This document shows, in pieces, positions 11,701-20,364 of a stretch of DNA of 64,000 nucleotides. The notes beneath the pieces were generated by a model that made no database searches, had not been told where the DNA came from, and saw only the letters and a list, made by a program, of their open reading frames with translations. The stretch is taken from NCBI GenBank assembly GCA_031415095.1, contig JANORD010000363.1, forward strand, positions 1,557 through 65,556. The letters are read 5' to 3'. The translations under genes and the position numbers were made by a program. Positions within the stretch are counted from its first letter, which is position 1; every line of letters starts with the position of its first letter. Source of the stretch: Lysobacteraceae bacterium (lineage in GTDB: Bacteria; Pseudomonadota; Gammaproteobacteria; Xanthomonadales; Xanthomonadaceae).

Positions 11701-12526
11701 GGAGCTGCGCGGCAGCGTGGTGGTGCCGGAGGCGCGGCTGGATTTGGAATCACTGGACACCAGCGTGGAGGTGTCGTCCGACGTGGTGGTGCTGGATCCG
11801 CTGGACCCTCCGCGCGAGCGTTCGCGGCCACTGGACATGGACTTCACCGTCACGTTGGGCGATGCGGTCACCCTCAAGGGCTTCGGGCTTGATGGCCGCA
11901 TGACCGGCAGCCTGGCGCTGCGCGAGCGTCCGGGCCGCGCGGCCAGGGCCTCGGGCGCACTCGACGTCACCGGCACGTACAAGGCCTATGGCCGCGTGCT
12001 CACCATCGAACGCGCGCGCCTGGGCTTTGCCAACTCGGCTTTCGATGACCCCACGCTCGATATTCTGGCGCAGCGCGTGTTCGACGACGTCACCGTGGGC
12101 GTGCAGGTGCGCGGCACCGCCAGCCGCCCGGAAACCACCGTGGTGTCCACGCCGGCCATGGACACCAACGAGGCGCTGTCCTGGCTGATCCTTGGCCGGC
12201 CGCTGGCCACCGCCACCGGCGGCGAGGCGGCGCGGGTGGACGCGGCGCAGATGGCGCTGGGCGCGGGCAGCACCCTGCTGGCGCAGCAGTTGGGCACGCA
12301 GCTGGGGCTGGACGTGGCCGGCGTCAGTGATTCGCGCAACCTGGGCGGCGCCACGCTGACGCTGGGCAAGTACATCTCGCCGCGGCTGTTCATCAGCTAC
12401 GGCGTATCGCTGATCGGCACCGGCCAGGTGGTCACGTTGAGGTACCTGCTGCGCCGCGGCTTCGACATCAGCATCGAGTCCGGCAACGAAAACGGCGCCT
12501 CCATCAACTGGCGCACTGAGCGCTGA
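8762..12526 (+). CDS. tamB: Translocation and assembly module protein TamB
   Basis: N-terminal TM anchor, long beta-rich body, C-terminal DUF490-like LGKYISPRLFISYG; overlaps tamA stop. Confidence 0.92.
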   Translation: MNARADSTAAAPRRRRPLRWFGAGTLLLMLAAAALLAWLLVTAGGRDLLLARLLAALPPGTLSWERAEGTVRGPLVLRGVRFVNGEIEVRADRLLLQAELIPALSRRLELTRVELDNVRVQLPAADEDIELPRWPEILPRLALPMPVSSADTVILGLDIREGEEPLLQASRVTARGLRLQQEGFAVDALAINSQQGRLSLTGSYAPAQNFRSSLSGRWTWPAEADAAASHVQFSAQGDLEKLTLDVTGNAPGPLSLQLALQGQSEAPEWSLVAKSQGLQPALFGAEASEPWRFDLTANGTGGSARVQGEVAQGEFKAGIEPSQLSLEDGRLRAQPLRLVLEQGTVDITGHAELEGETPRFDVVIASEQLSLLPESSETGTAAVQASGQVHATGQLADWTVEGDAVLVRLGQEARVIVSGRGDETQMQIDRLQADTPTGALDGSGTLRWSPALALSLEARLDGFDPGYFLPDYPGAVNGQLRLLAERREGGVWSGEAQLDGLGGQLRQRALGGRAQARWDGSSGSGDAALRIGESRITASGRFGARYDLQARFAPLRLPDVMAGASGQLEGTLAVRGPASALDYTFDLVGQDLDWNGSVAQALQLAGTLPARGSAGRFRLQAQGVQAGGIALEALDLRGQGSQAALDFELATNSTQAKLATSGRIGRRGANWDGRIAALELTAEPGPTLRLQESASFRFGPRVVQLDRSCLVAEGVEGRLCLSATGTTLQATGEALPLALAQPWLPTDEAAPLFIYGAVDLDAQLQQGRDGRWRGEGELRSASGGLRLDLESDREVFGYRDLLLKLTLAGDAISAQLNAALPDDGRIAATLRTGLAATSPLEGTLQLDVRDLTWLELFSQDIADPAGKLQGQLTLGGTRAAPTVAGQARLVEFTAELPGLGLKLREGEFMLLGSVDGSARLEGSVRSGDGVLRLDGSLNFRDDTAPLQLVLRGENVTVASTAAFYAVASPDLTLRFVDGLMELRGSVVVPEARLDLESLDTSVEVSSDVVVLDPLDPPRERSRPLDMDFTVTLGDAVTLKGFGLDGRMTGSLALRERPGRAARASGALDVTGTYKAYGRVLTIERARLGFANSAFDDPTLDILAQRVFDDVTVGVQVRGTASRPETTVVSTPAMDTNEALSWLILGRPLATATGGEAARVDAAQMALGAGSTLLAQQLGTQLGLDVAGVSDSRNLGGATLTLGKYISPRLFISYGVSLIGTGQVVTLRYLLRRGFDISIESGNENGASINWRTER

Positions 12527-12537
12527 GGCGCAAGAAC

Positions 12538-12574
12538 GGTGTCAGAGTGAGTTACGGGAACTCACACTTACACC
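12538..12574. repeat. REP-like imperfect palindrome
   Basis: GGTGTCAGAGTGAGTT-acggg-AACTCACACTTACACC hairpin between convergent genes. Confidence 0.5.
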
Positions 12575-12601
12575 CTTATTGCGCTGTCGCACTTGCGAGG
12601 G

Positions 12602-12637
12602 CCAAAGAAAAGCCGCCCAGGAGGGCGGCTTTCTTGG
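12602..12637. terminator. Bidirectional rho-independent terminator between tamB and the autotransporter
   Basis: AAAGCCGCCC-agga-GGGCGGCTTT stem flanked by A- and T-rich tails. Confidence 0.8.
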
Positions 12638-12654
12638 TTGCTTGATGCGATGGA

Positions 12655-14493
12655 TCAGAACGCGATGCGCATGCCGAAGCTGAGGCTGTCCATGTACTGG
12701 TAGTCGTCTTCGAAGCGGCCGCTGTAGGACGCGTAGCCGGTGATGTTCTCGCTGAGCATGAAATTCAGGCCCAGGTCGGCGCTGATCCAGTCCGACGACG
12801 GCGTGAAGCCGCCGATGGTGAAGCGGCCCGGCATGGAGTTGGAGCCGGCGTTCACCTGGATCTGGTCGTCCTCGCCCTCGTCGTTGTAGGCCACGCGCGC
12901 GAACGGACGGATGTGGCCGTCGGTGCCCATGCTGCCCTGCAGCTGGTAGCCCAGGCGCATCACGGCGGAGTCACGCTCGAAGTCCGCGAAGTTCATCGAG
13001 GTGCTGCGGCCGCTCTCTTCCGCGAAGCCGTCCACGTCCTGCTGCAGGTAGGTGTAGCCGGCGAACGGGCCGTGCTGGATGCCGTCGGTGGCGCCGAACA
13101 GCCAACCCGCGCCGAACTCGGCGCCCCACTGCTTGGCGTTGGTGCTGCCTTCCTCGCCGCGCACCGTGGGGCCCATGGTGATGTAGCGCTCGGTCTCGAC
13201 GCTGGTGGTGCCGCCGCTCAGCGCGCCGCTGACGTAGCCGCCTTCGCCAAAGCGGAAGGCGCCGTTGAGCGAGGCGATGACCGAGGTGGAGTTGAGGTTG
13301 GCGCTGGCCACGTCATTGTCGTGGCCACCGATGCTGATGCCCACGCCCCAGTAGGCGTTTTCACTGAAGCGGTTGTTGGCACCCACCGTGATACTGAGGG
13401 TGTCGGCGTCGCCGCCCAGGATGTTGGTGTTGCCGTTGTCTTCGTACTCGCTCTGGCCGAACTGCACGTTGGTGTAGCCGCGCACGCTGCCCACTTCCCG
13501 GTCCAGCTGGAAGTCCGACATCAGCTCGTCATTGATGGCGCGGCTGTGGATCTGTGCACCCTCGACGCCCGCCTCACCGGCATACGACATCTGGATGGGC
13601 GCGGCGATGGTGGACAGCACCACGCTGCCCAGGATCGCGTGGGCGCCACCGGTCGGGTGCACGCCGTCGGCGAACAGCCACGTGTTGTTGGTGCCCGCCG
13701 CATACGTGAACGGCAGGCCGGAGCCGGCCGGGCCGCAGGCCACCGAGCTGGAGCCAACGCCGCAGGCCTGGCCGGTGATGTTGGTGAAGCCGTAAAGGCC
13801 GGGGTTGAGCGAGATCTCGCTGATCAGGCCGAAGGTGTTGATTGGGATGATGCCGTCGCCCAACGTGGCCAGGCCGGCGCTGAGCGCCGAGTTGTAGACC
13901 ACCGTGATCTGCGACACCGAACCGGCGCTGGGGCCGGCGAACTGCGGCGTGGCTCCCAGGTTGGGCAGGTTGTACGCCACCACATAGCGGGCACCGGCCG
14001 CCTGCAGGCGACCGATCTGCTGCACGTAGGCGGTGGCAGCGGCCACCGTGTTGGCCTGGGCATTGGCCGGGGCCAAGGTCAGCGTGGCGAAGATGTCGTT
14101 GGCGCCGCCCCAGATGCTGTAGAGCGCATTGGGATCGGCACGGCCGCCGTTGAGCGCCAGGTACTGGGTCACCTGGGCCGGGATGTTCGGCACCGCGTTC
14201 AGGCACAGGCCGGTGGCGTTGACGCAGGAGCCGCCCCAGGCGTAGTTCGGGCCGCCAGTGAGCGACGGGCCGCTGGGCAGTCCAAAGCGGGCGGCGATGA
14301 TCTGCGCGGCCACCGGATCGAAATTGGTGGTGAAGCTGTTGCCGGCGGGCAGGCCCTGGGCGCGGGCGATGTTGCCGGAATCACTGAGGCTGTCGCCGAA
14401 CACGACGAAGCTGGAGAACTGCTGCGCCTGGGCGGCGCCGGCGCAACCGAGCGCCAGGGCAACGGCGCCGGCCAAACGATGGAAACGGGGCAT
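12655..14493 (-). CDS. Autotransporter GDSL lipase/esterase (EstA-like)
   Basis: Signal peptide, FGDSLSDSG block I, GGAND, DGVHP, C-terminal beta-barrel ending in F. Confidence 0.92.
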   Translation of the reverse strand: MPRFHRLAGAVALALGCAGAAQAQQFSSFVVFGDSLSDSGNIARAQGLPAGNSFTTNFDPVAAQIIAARFGLPSGPSLTGGPNYAWGGSCVNATGLCLNAVPNIPAQVTQYLALNGGRADPNALYSIWGGANDIFATLTLAPANAQANTVAAATAYVQQIGRLQAAGARYVVAYNLPNLGATPQFAGPSAGSVSQITVVYNSALSAGLATLGDGIIPINTFGLISEISLNPGLYGFTNITGQACGVGSSSVACGPAGSGLPFTYAAGTNNTWLFADGVHPTGGAHAILGSVVLSTIAAPIQMSYAGEAGVEGAQIHSRAINDELMSDFQLDREVGSVRGYTNVQFGQSEYEDNGNTNILGGDADTLSITVGANNRFSENAYWGVGISIGGHDNDVASANLNSTSVIASLNGAFRFGEGGYVSGALSGGTTSVETERYITMGPTVRGEEGSTNAKQWGAEFGAGWLFGATDGIQHGPFAGYTYLQQDVDGFAEESGRSTSMNFADFERDSAVMRLGYQLQGSMGTDGHIRPFARVAYNDEGEDDQIQVNAGSNSMPGRFTIGGFTPSSDWISADLGLNFMLSENITGYASYSGRFEDDYQYMDSLSFGMRIAF

Positions 14494-14686
14494 GGGAAAA
14501 CTCCTATCGGGCTAAGTGGACTGATTGACCTCGTGCCCAGGGTCTCCTTCGGCGCCACCGTGCGAATCGCCGGTGACGCTCCCTCCCCTTGAGCCGCTGC
14601 CTGCACCGCCGGCAGGCCGACGATACCGGCACACCTTAATCCAAAGCCCGCATCCGTACCACTGGGTACAGTGCCGTCCTTCCCGT

Positions 14687-15889
14687 TCAGGGAAGCACCC
14701 GGGCCCCTCGGAGCCGCGGTTGGCCGTCACGTACTTCGGTCCAGGCCAGCCAGGCCTCACCGCCGCGGACCTGCAGGCGCGGGAAGCCGGTGGCGCGGCC
14801 GCGACCCGCCAGTTCGGCGACCTGCACCCGGAACACTTCGCGGCCCAGGTCCGGGCTCAGCTTGGCCAGCCAAAGACTCTGCTGGCCCTGGGATTCCTGC
14901 AGCCAACTGACCCAGACGCCGGCGGCGTCGGCCGCCAGGGCCACGCGGCCCAGCTGGGCCACCCCGCTGGCCAGGGTCAGCGGCCGACTGAAATGAGCGC
15001 CCGCGTCGGCCGACCCGGCCAGCCGCAGCGAAGGCACGCCTCCGGCCTCGGTGTACCAAGCCACCCAGGCTTGGTCGCCGCGGGCGGCAATAGCTGGGCC
15101 GTTCACCGGGCAAGCCGGCATCACCCAGCCGTCGGCATGCACGATGGCCGGCGCCGTCCAAGACTCGCCGTCAAAACGGGTGAGCTTGATGTCGCGGACC
15201 TCGTTGGCGTCGCGGTCGCGGTAGGCCACCAGCACGCCGCGGGCGCCGACGGCTGCGTCGGTCTGGCAGCAGTCGCAAGTCAGCGAGTCGAGTTCGTGCT
15301 CGGCGAGCTTGTTTCCGTTTGCGCCGAACACCGCCGCACGCAGGCTCATGCCGCCGCCGCCCTGGCTGCCATGGTCATGGCCGCCGCCGGTATTACGGCC
15401 ATCCAGCCAGACGATGCCCAGTTCACCGCTGGACTGGGGCCAGAGGCTGGCGAAACCGTGTTCGGTGGGCGTGCCGTCGCTGTGCACGGGGTCCACCGTG
15501 CGCCAGCGGCGCCCGCCGTCGCGCGAGGCGTGCAGCTGCACGTCATAGGCGTAAGGCGCATCGCCGTTGCTGACCAGCGTGTGCGCCCACAGGCTGCCGT
15601 CGGGCAGGGCCTGAAGGGCGGGGAAGTCGGCCCAGTTCACGAACCAGTCGCTGCCTTGGGCGATCAGCTGCGGTGGCGACCATGTCGGGTTGCGCGCCGG
15701 ATAGCTTGCAAACATCAGGCGATGGCCCTCGCCTTTGCGTTCAATCCAGCTCAGCAGCAGGTCGCCATTCGGCGCCTGCGCCAGGTTGGGCTGGGCCGAG
15801 CCCGGCGGGGCCGGCAGCGGCCAGTCTTGTACCGTGGCGGCCGCAGCCAGCCCCGGCAGCAGCAGCAGCGCAAACAGCGCGCGCCGCAT
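14687..15889 (-). CDS. Secreted BNR/Asp-box (sialidase-like) beta-propeller protein
   Basis: Signal peptide; Asp boxes SRDGGRRW and SADAGAHF; FVNWADFP, CDCCQT, CPVNGP motifs. Confidence 0.75.
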   Translation of the reverse strand: MRRALFALLLLPGLAAAATVQDWPLPAPPGSAQPNLAQAPNGDLLLSWIERKGEGHRLMFASYPARNPTWSPPQLIAQGSDWFVNWADFPALQALPDGSLWAHTLVSNGDAPYAYDVQLHASRDGGRRWRTVDPVHSDGTPTEHGFASLWPQSSGELGIVWLDGRNTGGGHDHGSQGGGGMSLRAAVFGANGNKLAEHELDSLTCDCCQTDAAVGARGVLVAYRDRDANEVRDIKLTRFDGESWTAPAIVHADGWVMPACPVNGPAIAARGDQAWVAWYTEAGGVPSLRLAGSADAGAHFSRPLTLASGVAQLGRVALAADAAGVWVSWLQESQGQQSLWLAKLSPDLGREVFRVQVAELAGRGRATGFPRLQVRGGEAWLAWTEVRDGQPRLRGARVLP

Positions 15890-17763
15890 CAGGCCACGCG
15901 CCGGCCGCGGCGGCGCGTCAGCTGCACCAGCAGCAGGGAAATGGCGGCCGGCGTCATGCCCGGGATGCGCTGGGCCTGGCCGATGGTTTCCGGGCGCACC
16001 CGGCCGAGCTTGGCCTGCAGCTCGGCCGACAGGCCGGGCAGCGCGTAGTCGAAATCCGGCGGGATGGCGGCCGCCTCGTTGCGCTGGCTGCGGGCGATTT
16101 CCAGGTCCTGGCGCTCCAGGTAGCCGGCGTACTTCACGCCGATTTCCACCTGCTCGGCCACGGCGGCCTCGGCTACGCCCGGTCCCAGCCCCGGCAGCTG
16201 CATCAGCGCGGCGTAGTCGAGCTCGGGCCGCTTCATCAGGTCCAACGCGGTGGCCTCGCGGCTCAGGGCCACGCCGGTGCGCTGCTCAAGCTGCGCGGCC
16301 AGCGCGCCGCCCGGCGCCACCCACACCGCCTGCAGCCGCGCGCGCTCACTCGCCACGGCGTCGGCCTTGCGCGAATAAGCGTCCCAGCGCGCGTCGTCCA
16401 CCAAGCCCAGGTCGCGCCCGATCGGCGTCAGGCGGGCGTCGGCGTTGTCCTCGCGCAGCTGCAGCCGGTACTCGGCGCGGCTGGTGAACATGCGGTAGGG
16501 CTCGGTGGTGCCGTGGGTGATCAGGTCGTCCACCAGCACGCCCAGGTAGGCCTGGTCGCGCCGCGGTGTCCACGGCTCGCGCTGCTGCACCTGGCGCGCG
16601 GCGTTGATGCCGGCCAGCAGTCCCTGCGCCGCGGCCTCTTCATAGCCGGTGGTGCCGTTGATCTGCCCGGCGAAGAACAGCCCGGCCACCGCCTTGGTCT
16701 CCAGCGAAGCCTTCAGCCCGCGCGGATCGAAATAGTCGTACTCGATGGCGTAGCCCGGGCGCGTGATGTGCGCATTCTCGAAGCCGCGGATGGAGCGCAC
16801 CAGCGCCACCTGGGTTTCATAGGGCAGCGAGGTGGAAATGCCGTTGGGGTAGATCTCGTGCGTGTCCAGGCCTTCGGGCTCGATGAATACCTGGTGCGAG
16901 GCCTTGTCGGCGAAGCGCACCACCTTGTCCTCGATGCTCGGGCAATAGCGCGGGCCCACGCCTTCGATCACGCCCGTGTACATCGGCGACTGGTGCAGCC
17001 CGGCGCGGATGATGTCGTGCGTGCGCTCGGAAGTGTGGGTGATCCAGCACGACACCTGCTGCGGATGCTCGGCCGCGCTGCCCAGGAACGAGAACACCGG
17101 CACCGGCGTGTCGCCCGGCTGCTCCACCAGGCCGTCGAAATCAACGCTGCGGCCGTCAATGCGCGGCGGCGTGCCGGTCTTGAGCCGGGCCACGCCCAGG
17201 GCGCGCTCGCGCAGGCGCTCCGCCAGCGCAGTCGCGGGCGGATCGCCGGCGCGGCCGCCGGCGAAATTGTTCAGGCCCACGTGGATGCGGCCGGCCAGGA
17301 AAGTGCCGGCGGTTAGCACCACGGCGCGCGCGTGGATGCGCAGGCCGCTCTGGGTGATCACGCCAACGACGCGGTCGTTCTCGATCAGCAGATCGTCCAC
17401 CGCCTGCTGGAACAACTGCAGGTTGGGCTGTGCTTCCACCTGCCTGCGGATGGCGGCGCGGTAAAGGGAGCGGTCGGCCTGGGCGCGGGTAGCGCGCACC
17501 GCCGGACCCTTGCTGGCGTTGAGCGTGCGCCACTGGATGCCGGCCGCGTCGGCGGCGTGCGCCATCGCCCCGCCCAGCGCGTCGATTTCGCGCACCAGGT
17601 GGCCCTTGCCGATGCCGCCGATGGCGGGATTGCAGCTCATCTGGCCCACGGTCTCGATGCTGTGGGTGAGCAGCAGGGTGCGTGCCCCGGCGCGCGCGCA
17701 GGCCAGTGCGGCCTCGGTGCCCGCATGGCCGCCGCCGATCACTATGACCTCAGGGTTCAACAT
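15889..17763 (-). CDS. mnmG: tRNA uridine 5-carboxymethylaminomethyl modification enzyme MnmG (GidA)
   Basis: [53 protein letters not shown]. Confidence 0.98.
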   Translation of the reverse strand: MLNPEVIVIGGGHAGTEAALACARAGARTLLLTHSIETVGQMSCNPAIGGIGKGHLVREIDALGGAMAHAADAAGIQWRTLNASKGPAVRATRAQADRSLYRAAIRRQVEAQPNLQLFQQAVDDLLIENDRVVGVITQSGLRIHARAVVLTAGTFLAGRIHVGLNNFAGGRAGDPPATALAERLRERALGVARLKTGTPPRIDGRSVDFDGLVEQPGDTPVPVFSFLGSAAEHPQQVSCWITHTSERTHDIIRAGLHQSPMYTGVIEGVGPRYCPSIEDKVVRFADKASHQVFIEPEGLDTHEIYPNGISTSLPYETQVALVRSIRGFENAHITRPGYAIEYDYFDPRGLKASLETKAVAGLFFAGQINGTTGYEEAAAQGLLAGINAARQVQQREPWTPRRDQAYLGVLVDDLITHGTTEPYRMFTSRAEYRLQLREDNADARLTPIGRDLGLVDDARWDAYSRKADAVASERARLQAVWVAPGGALAAQLEQRTGVALSREATALDLMKRPELDYAALMQLPGLGPGVAEAAVAEQVEIGVKYAGYLERQDLEIARSQRNEAAAIPPDFDYALPGLSAELQAKLGRVRPETIGQAQRIPGMTPAAISLLLVQLTRRRGRRVA

Positions 17764-17834
17764 GTGACGCAGTTCCTGTTTGGCGCGCGACCGCGATTAT
17801 CACGCGTCGTCGCGCGGGCCGCACAAGAAAAGTT

Positions 17835-17850
17835 TGGCACGCTTCCTGCT
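17835..17850 (+). promoter_or_regulatory. Sigma54 (RpoN) -24/-12 promoter
   Basis: TGGCAC-gcttc-CTGCT versus consensus TGGCAC-N5-TTGCW, correct spacing; points into a non-coding structured region. Confidence 0.7.
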
Positions 17851-17860
17851 TCATGCCCAT

Positions 17861-17979
17861 GGCACCTACCGCGGCCAACGCCGGGGGGCGTCGACCAGAC
17901 TGAACAGGGGCTGGTCAGGCGCGCGGTAGGGATGCCAGGGTCGGGAACACCAGCAAGGGAGTTCCCGACCCATTTTTTT
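17861..17979 (+). ncRNA. Putative sigma54-dependent sRNA with G-rich loops
   Basis: Starts about 12 nt after the -12 box; GGCACCTACCGCG/CGCGGTAGGGATGCC closing stem, two inner hairpins, 11-bp terminator stem followed by T7. Confidence 0.62.
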
Positions 17980-18013
17980 GGGGTTTTTTTGCCACGCGCA
18001 GCGCGCCGCAGGG

Positions 18014-18138
18014 AAAGAAAAGTCGGCGCCCGGCGGGTCTTGGAACAGGGGGAATCCAGGGGACCTGGTGCCGGACGCCGAACAAGCGATGCGGGGGCAT
18101 GCGCGCGCGTCACAATGCGACGCGGTGAGTCATTCAAC
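18014..18138 (-). ncRNA. Putative sRNA (or 3'UTR-derived RNA) with C-rich loops
   Basis: Minus-strand hairpins carrying GCCCCCG and CCCCCUGUUCC, ending in a long stem plus UUUUCUUU; own sigma70-like promoter upstream. Confidence 0.55.
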
Positions 18139-18144
18139 GCTCAG

Positions 18145-18173
18145 AGGATGCGCCGCTGTCGATGACGGTGCAA
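18145..18173 (-). promoter_or_regulatory. Sigma70-like promoter for the minus-strand sRNA
   Basis: TTGCAC-17 bp-CATCCT on the minus strand. Confidence 0.45.
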
Positions 18174-18193
18174 CGACTAATCAAGCTGTATCT

Positions 18194-19309
18194 CTACTCT
18201 TCGTCGCTGCGCGTTTCATTCTGTGACGGGCCGCTCATTTCCTGCGGCTCTGGACGTTCAAAGCGCGGCTCGGGCTGTGAGCGCTCCACCTCGCGCGGCT
18301 CGTAGCGCTCCACCTCACGCGGCTCATAGCGCTCGACTTCACGGTACTCGGCCCGAGGCGCGGGCTCGCCATAGTCTTGCTGCGGCTCAAACTGCCGGCG
18401 GTCTTCGCGCGGTGCGGTTTGGCGATAGTCTTCGAACCTTTCCTCTTCGCGATACGCCTCACGCGGCTCGGGCTGCGCGTACTCGCGAGGATCGGGCCGG
18501 TAGGGGGCTTCACGCGGCGGCATCGGCTGATAGCCCTGCTGAGGCACGTCGCGCTGGGCCTCGAAAGCCGGCTCGAAGCCAGGCTCGGGCAGCGGGCCGT
18601 TCGGGTCTTTGCCGAAACTCGCGCGCGGCATGCGCCGGGCATTTTCCTCGTCAATGCGCTGCGCCGGCGGTTTGCCGCCGGAGCGGAAATCCGCGCGTCG
18701 CACCGGCGCGATAGCCGTTCCGCCGATGGGCTCGGGCCGGGTGCCATTGCCGCTGCCATCTGGGCCGTAGCCAGGACCAAAACCGATGGGTTCGCCGCCG
18801 ATCGGCCTGGGCCGCGGCGTGCCGTTATACGAGTCGCTGAAGACAGGCGCCACGTTGTCCACTACGTACGGATCACGGTAGCCAGGCGCGGCGCCCGGAG
18901 GCGGCTGGCGCGGATGCGGACGGTGCGGACGGTGGCCGTAGTAGCCCGGGCCGCCCCAAGGCGACCATTGGTTGCCGTACCAGCCCCAGTAGCCGTAGTT
19001 GTAGTGGCTGCCGAACGAGAGATTCCAGCCTGAATACGGCCGGCCGTAGTAACCGTTCCAGAACGGCGAGCAGCTGTAGTAGCCGGCGCAGGAATAGCGC
19101 GACAGGCCCCAGAAGGGGGTGTAGGAATCGTAGTAGTAATTGGTCTGCGGCTGCCGGCCCTGGTAGTAATCACCGTAGCCGTCCTGCGCCGGATAGTAGT
19201 AGCCGCCGTCCCGGTATTGGCTCTGCCGGTAGTAGCTGTCGGTGTAGGTCACGCAGCCCGACAGGCCGACCATCAGAAGCGTAGCAAGCAGGACTAGGCG
19301 GCGCGTCAT
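18194..19309 (-). CDS. Low-complexity lipoprotein (Tyr/Gly-rich N-region, Pro/Glu/Arg-rich repeats)
   Basis: Lipobox LSGC; RBS GGGGA; REVERYEP repeats. Confidence 0.75.
   Translation of the reverse strand: MTRRLVLLATLLMVGLSGCVTYTDSYYRQSQYRDGGYYYPAQDGYGDYYQGRQPQTNYYYDSYTPFWGLSRYSCAGYYSCSPFWNGYYGRPYSGWNLSFGSHYNYGYWGWYGNQWSPWGGPGYYGHRPHRPHPRQPPPGAAPGYRDPYVVDNVAPVFSDSYNGTPRPRPIGGEPIGFGPGYGPDGSGNGTRPEPIGGTAIAPVRRADFRSGGKPPAQRIDEENARRMPRASFGKDPNGPLPEPGFEPAFEAQRDVPQQGYQPMPPREAPYRPDPREYAQPEPREAYREEERFEDYRQTAPREDRRQFEPQQDYGEPAPRAEYREVERYEPREVERYEPREVERSQPEPRFERPEPQEMSGPSQNETRSDEE
18281..18344 (-). repeat. 24-bp tandem repeat (about 2.7 copies) encoding REVERYEP
   Basis: gcgctccacctcgcgcggctcgta / gcgctccacctcacgcggctcata / gcgctcgacttcacgg. 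Confidence 0.85.
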
Positions 19310-19430
19310 GGTAGTTCCCCAAGATAACGGCGCCAGTCTCGACGCAGGGCGGTGAATCCGTGCTTAACCCTGACCGTTGCGAGGCGCGTGTTAATGTTCG
19401 CGCCCTTCACTCTACCCGTCCGGACCCACC

Positions 19431-20357
19431 ATGCCGCTGCACCAGGCCTCGGGCCGCTGGAAACGGGGCCTCGCGCTGGCCTTGGTCACCGCCGCCTGCT
19501 GGGCCACGCTGCCGGTGGCGCTCAAGCTCACGCTGGAACAGGTGGATGCGTACACCCTCACTTGGTTCCGCTTCCTGCTGGCCGCGGGCGTGCTGCTGGC
19601 ATGGCTGGGCGCACGTGGCGGCCTGGGCGGCTTCGCCACGCTCGATCGGCGCCGGTGGTGGCTGCTCTCGGTGGCGGCCCTGTGCCTGATCGGCAACTAC
19701 CTGCTGTACCTGCTGGGCGTGCAGTACACCACCCCCGCCAACGCCCAGCTGCTGATCCAGCTGGCGCCGCTGCTGATGGCCTTGGGCGGCATCTTTATCT
19801 TCCGCGAGCGCTTCAACGGCTGGCAGTGGGCGGGACTGGGCGTGATTGCCGTGGGCCTGGCGCTGTTCTTCAAGGACCAACTGGGCGCGCGTGGGCCGGA
19901 CTATCTCTGGGGTTCGTCGCTGGTGGTGGTGGGCGCCGTGGTGTGGGCGGCCTACGCGTTGATGCTCAAACAGCTGCTGCTGCGGCTGTCATCGAGCGCC
20001 ATCCTGCTGTTCGTGTGCGTCGCCGCCAGCGTGGTGCTGCTGCCGCTGGCCAAGCCAGCCGTTTTACTTCAGCTCGACGGCCTGCACTGGGCGCTGCTGC
20101 TGTTCTGCGCCCTCAATACCCTGGTGGCCTATGGCGCGTTTTCCGAAGCGCTGGTGCACTGGGAAGCGTCGCGGGTGTCGGCCGTTCTGGCCACCACGCC
20201 GCTGCTGTGCCTGGGCGCGGTGGCGGCGGTGCATGCGGTGTGGCCGGCCAGCATCGCACCCGAGCAAGTCACGGCGCTGGGCTACGCCGGTGCGGTGGCC
20301 GTAGTCGTCGGTTCGGTGCTGACCAGCATGATGGGCCAGCGCAAATCCAAGGCCTGA
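19431..20357 (+). CDS. DMT/EamA family transporter
   Basis: About 10 TM helices, WATLPVALK, TPANAQLLIQLAP, FRERF. Confidence 0.9.
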   Translation: MPLHQASGRWKRGLALALVTAACWATLPVALKLTLEQVDAYTLTWFRFLLAAGVLLAWLGARGGLGGFATLDRRRWWLLSVAALCLIGNYLLYLLGVQYTTPANAQLLIQLAPLLMALGGIFIFRERFNGWQWAGLGVIAVGLALFFKDQLGARGPDYLWGSSLVVVGAVVWAAYALMLKQLLLRLSSSAILLFVCVAASVVLLPLAKPAVLLQLDGLHWALLLFCALNTLVAYGAFSEALVHWEASRVSAVLATTPLLCLGAVAAVHAVWPASIAPEQVTALGYAGAVAVVVGSVLTSMMGQRKSKA

Positions 20358-20364
20358 GTGCGGC

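Noticed and set aside
17764-18193. Replication origin next to mnmG (gidA), as in E. coli
   Set aside because: No TTATCCACA DnaA boxes or AT-rich unwinding repeats; the region is GC-rich hairpins
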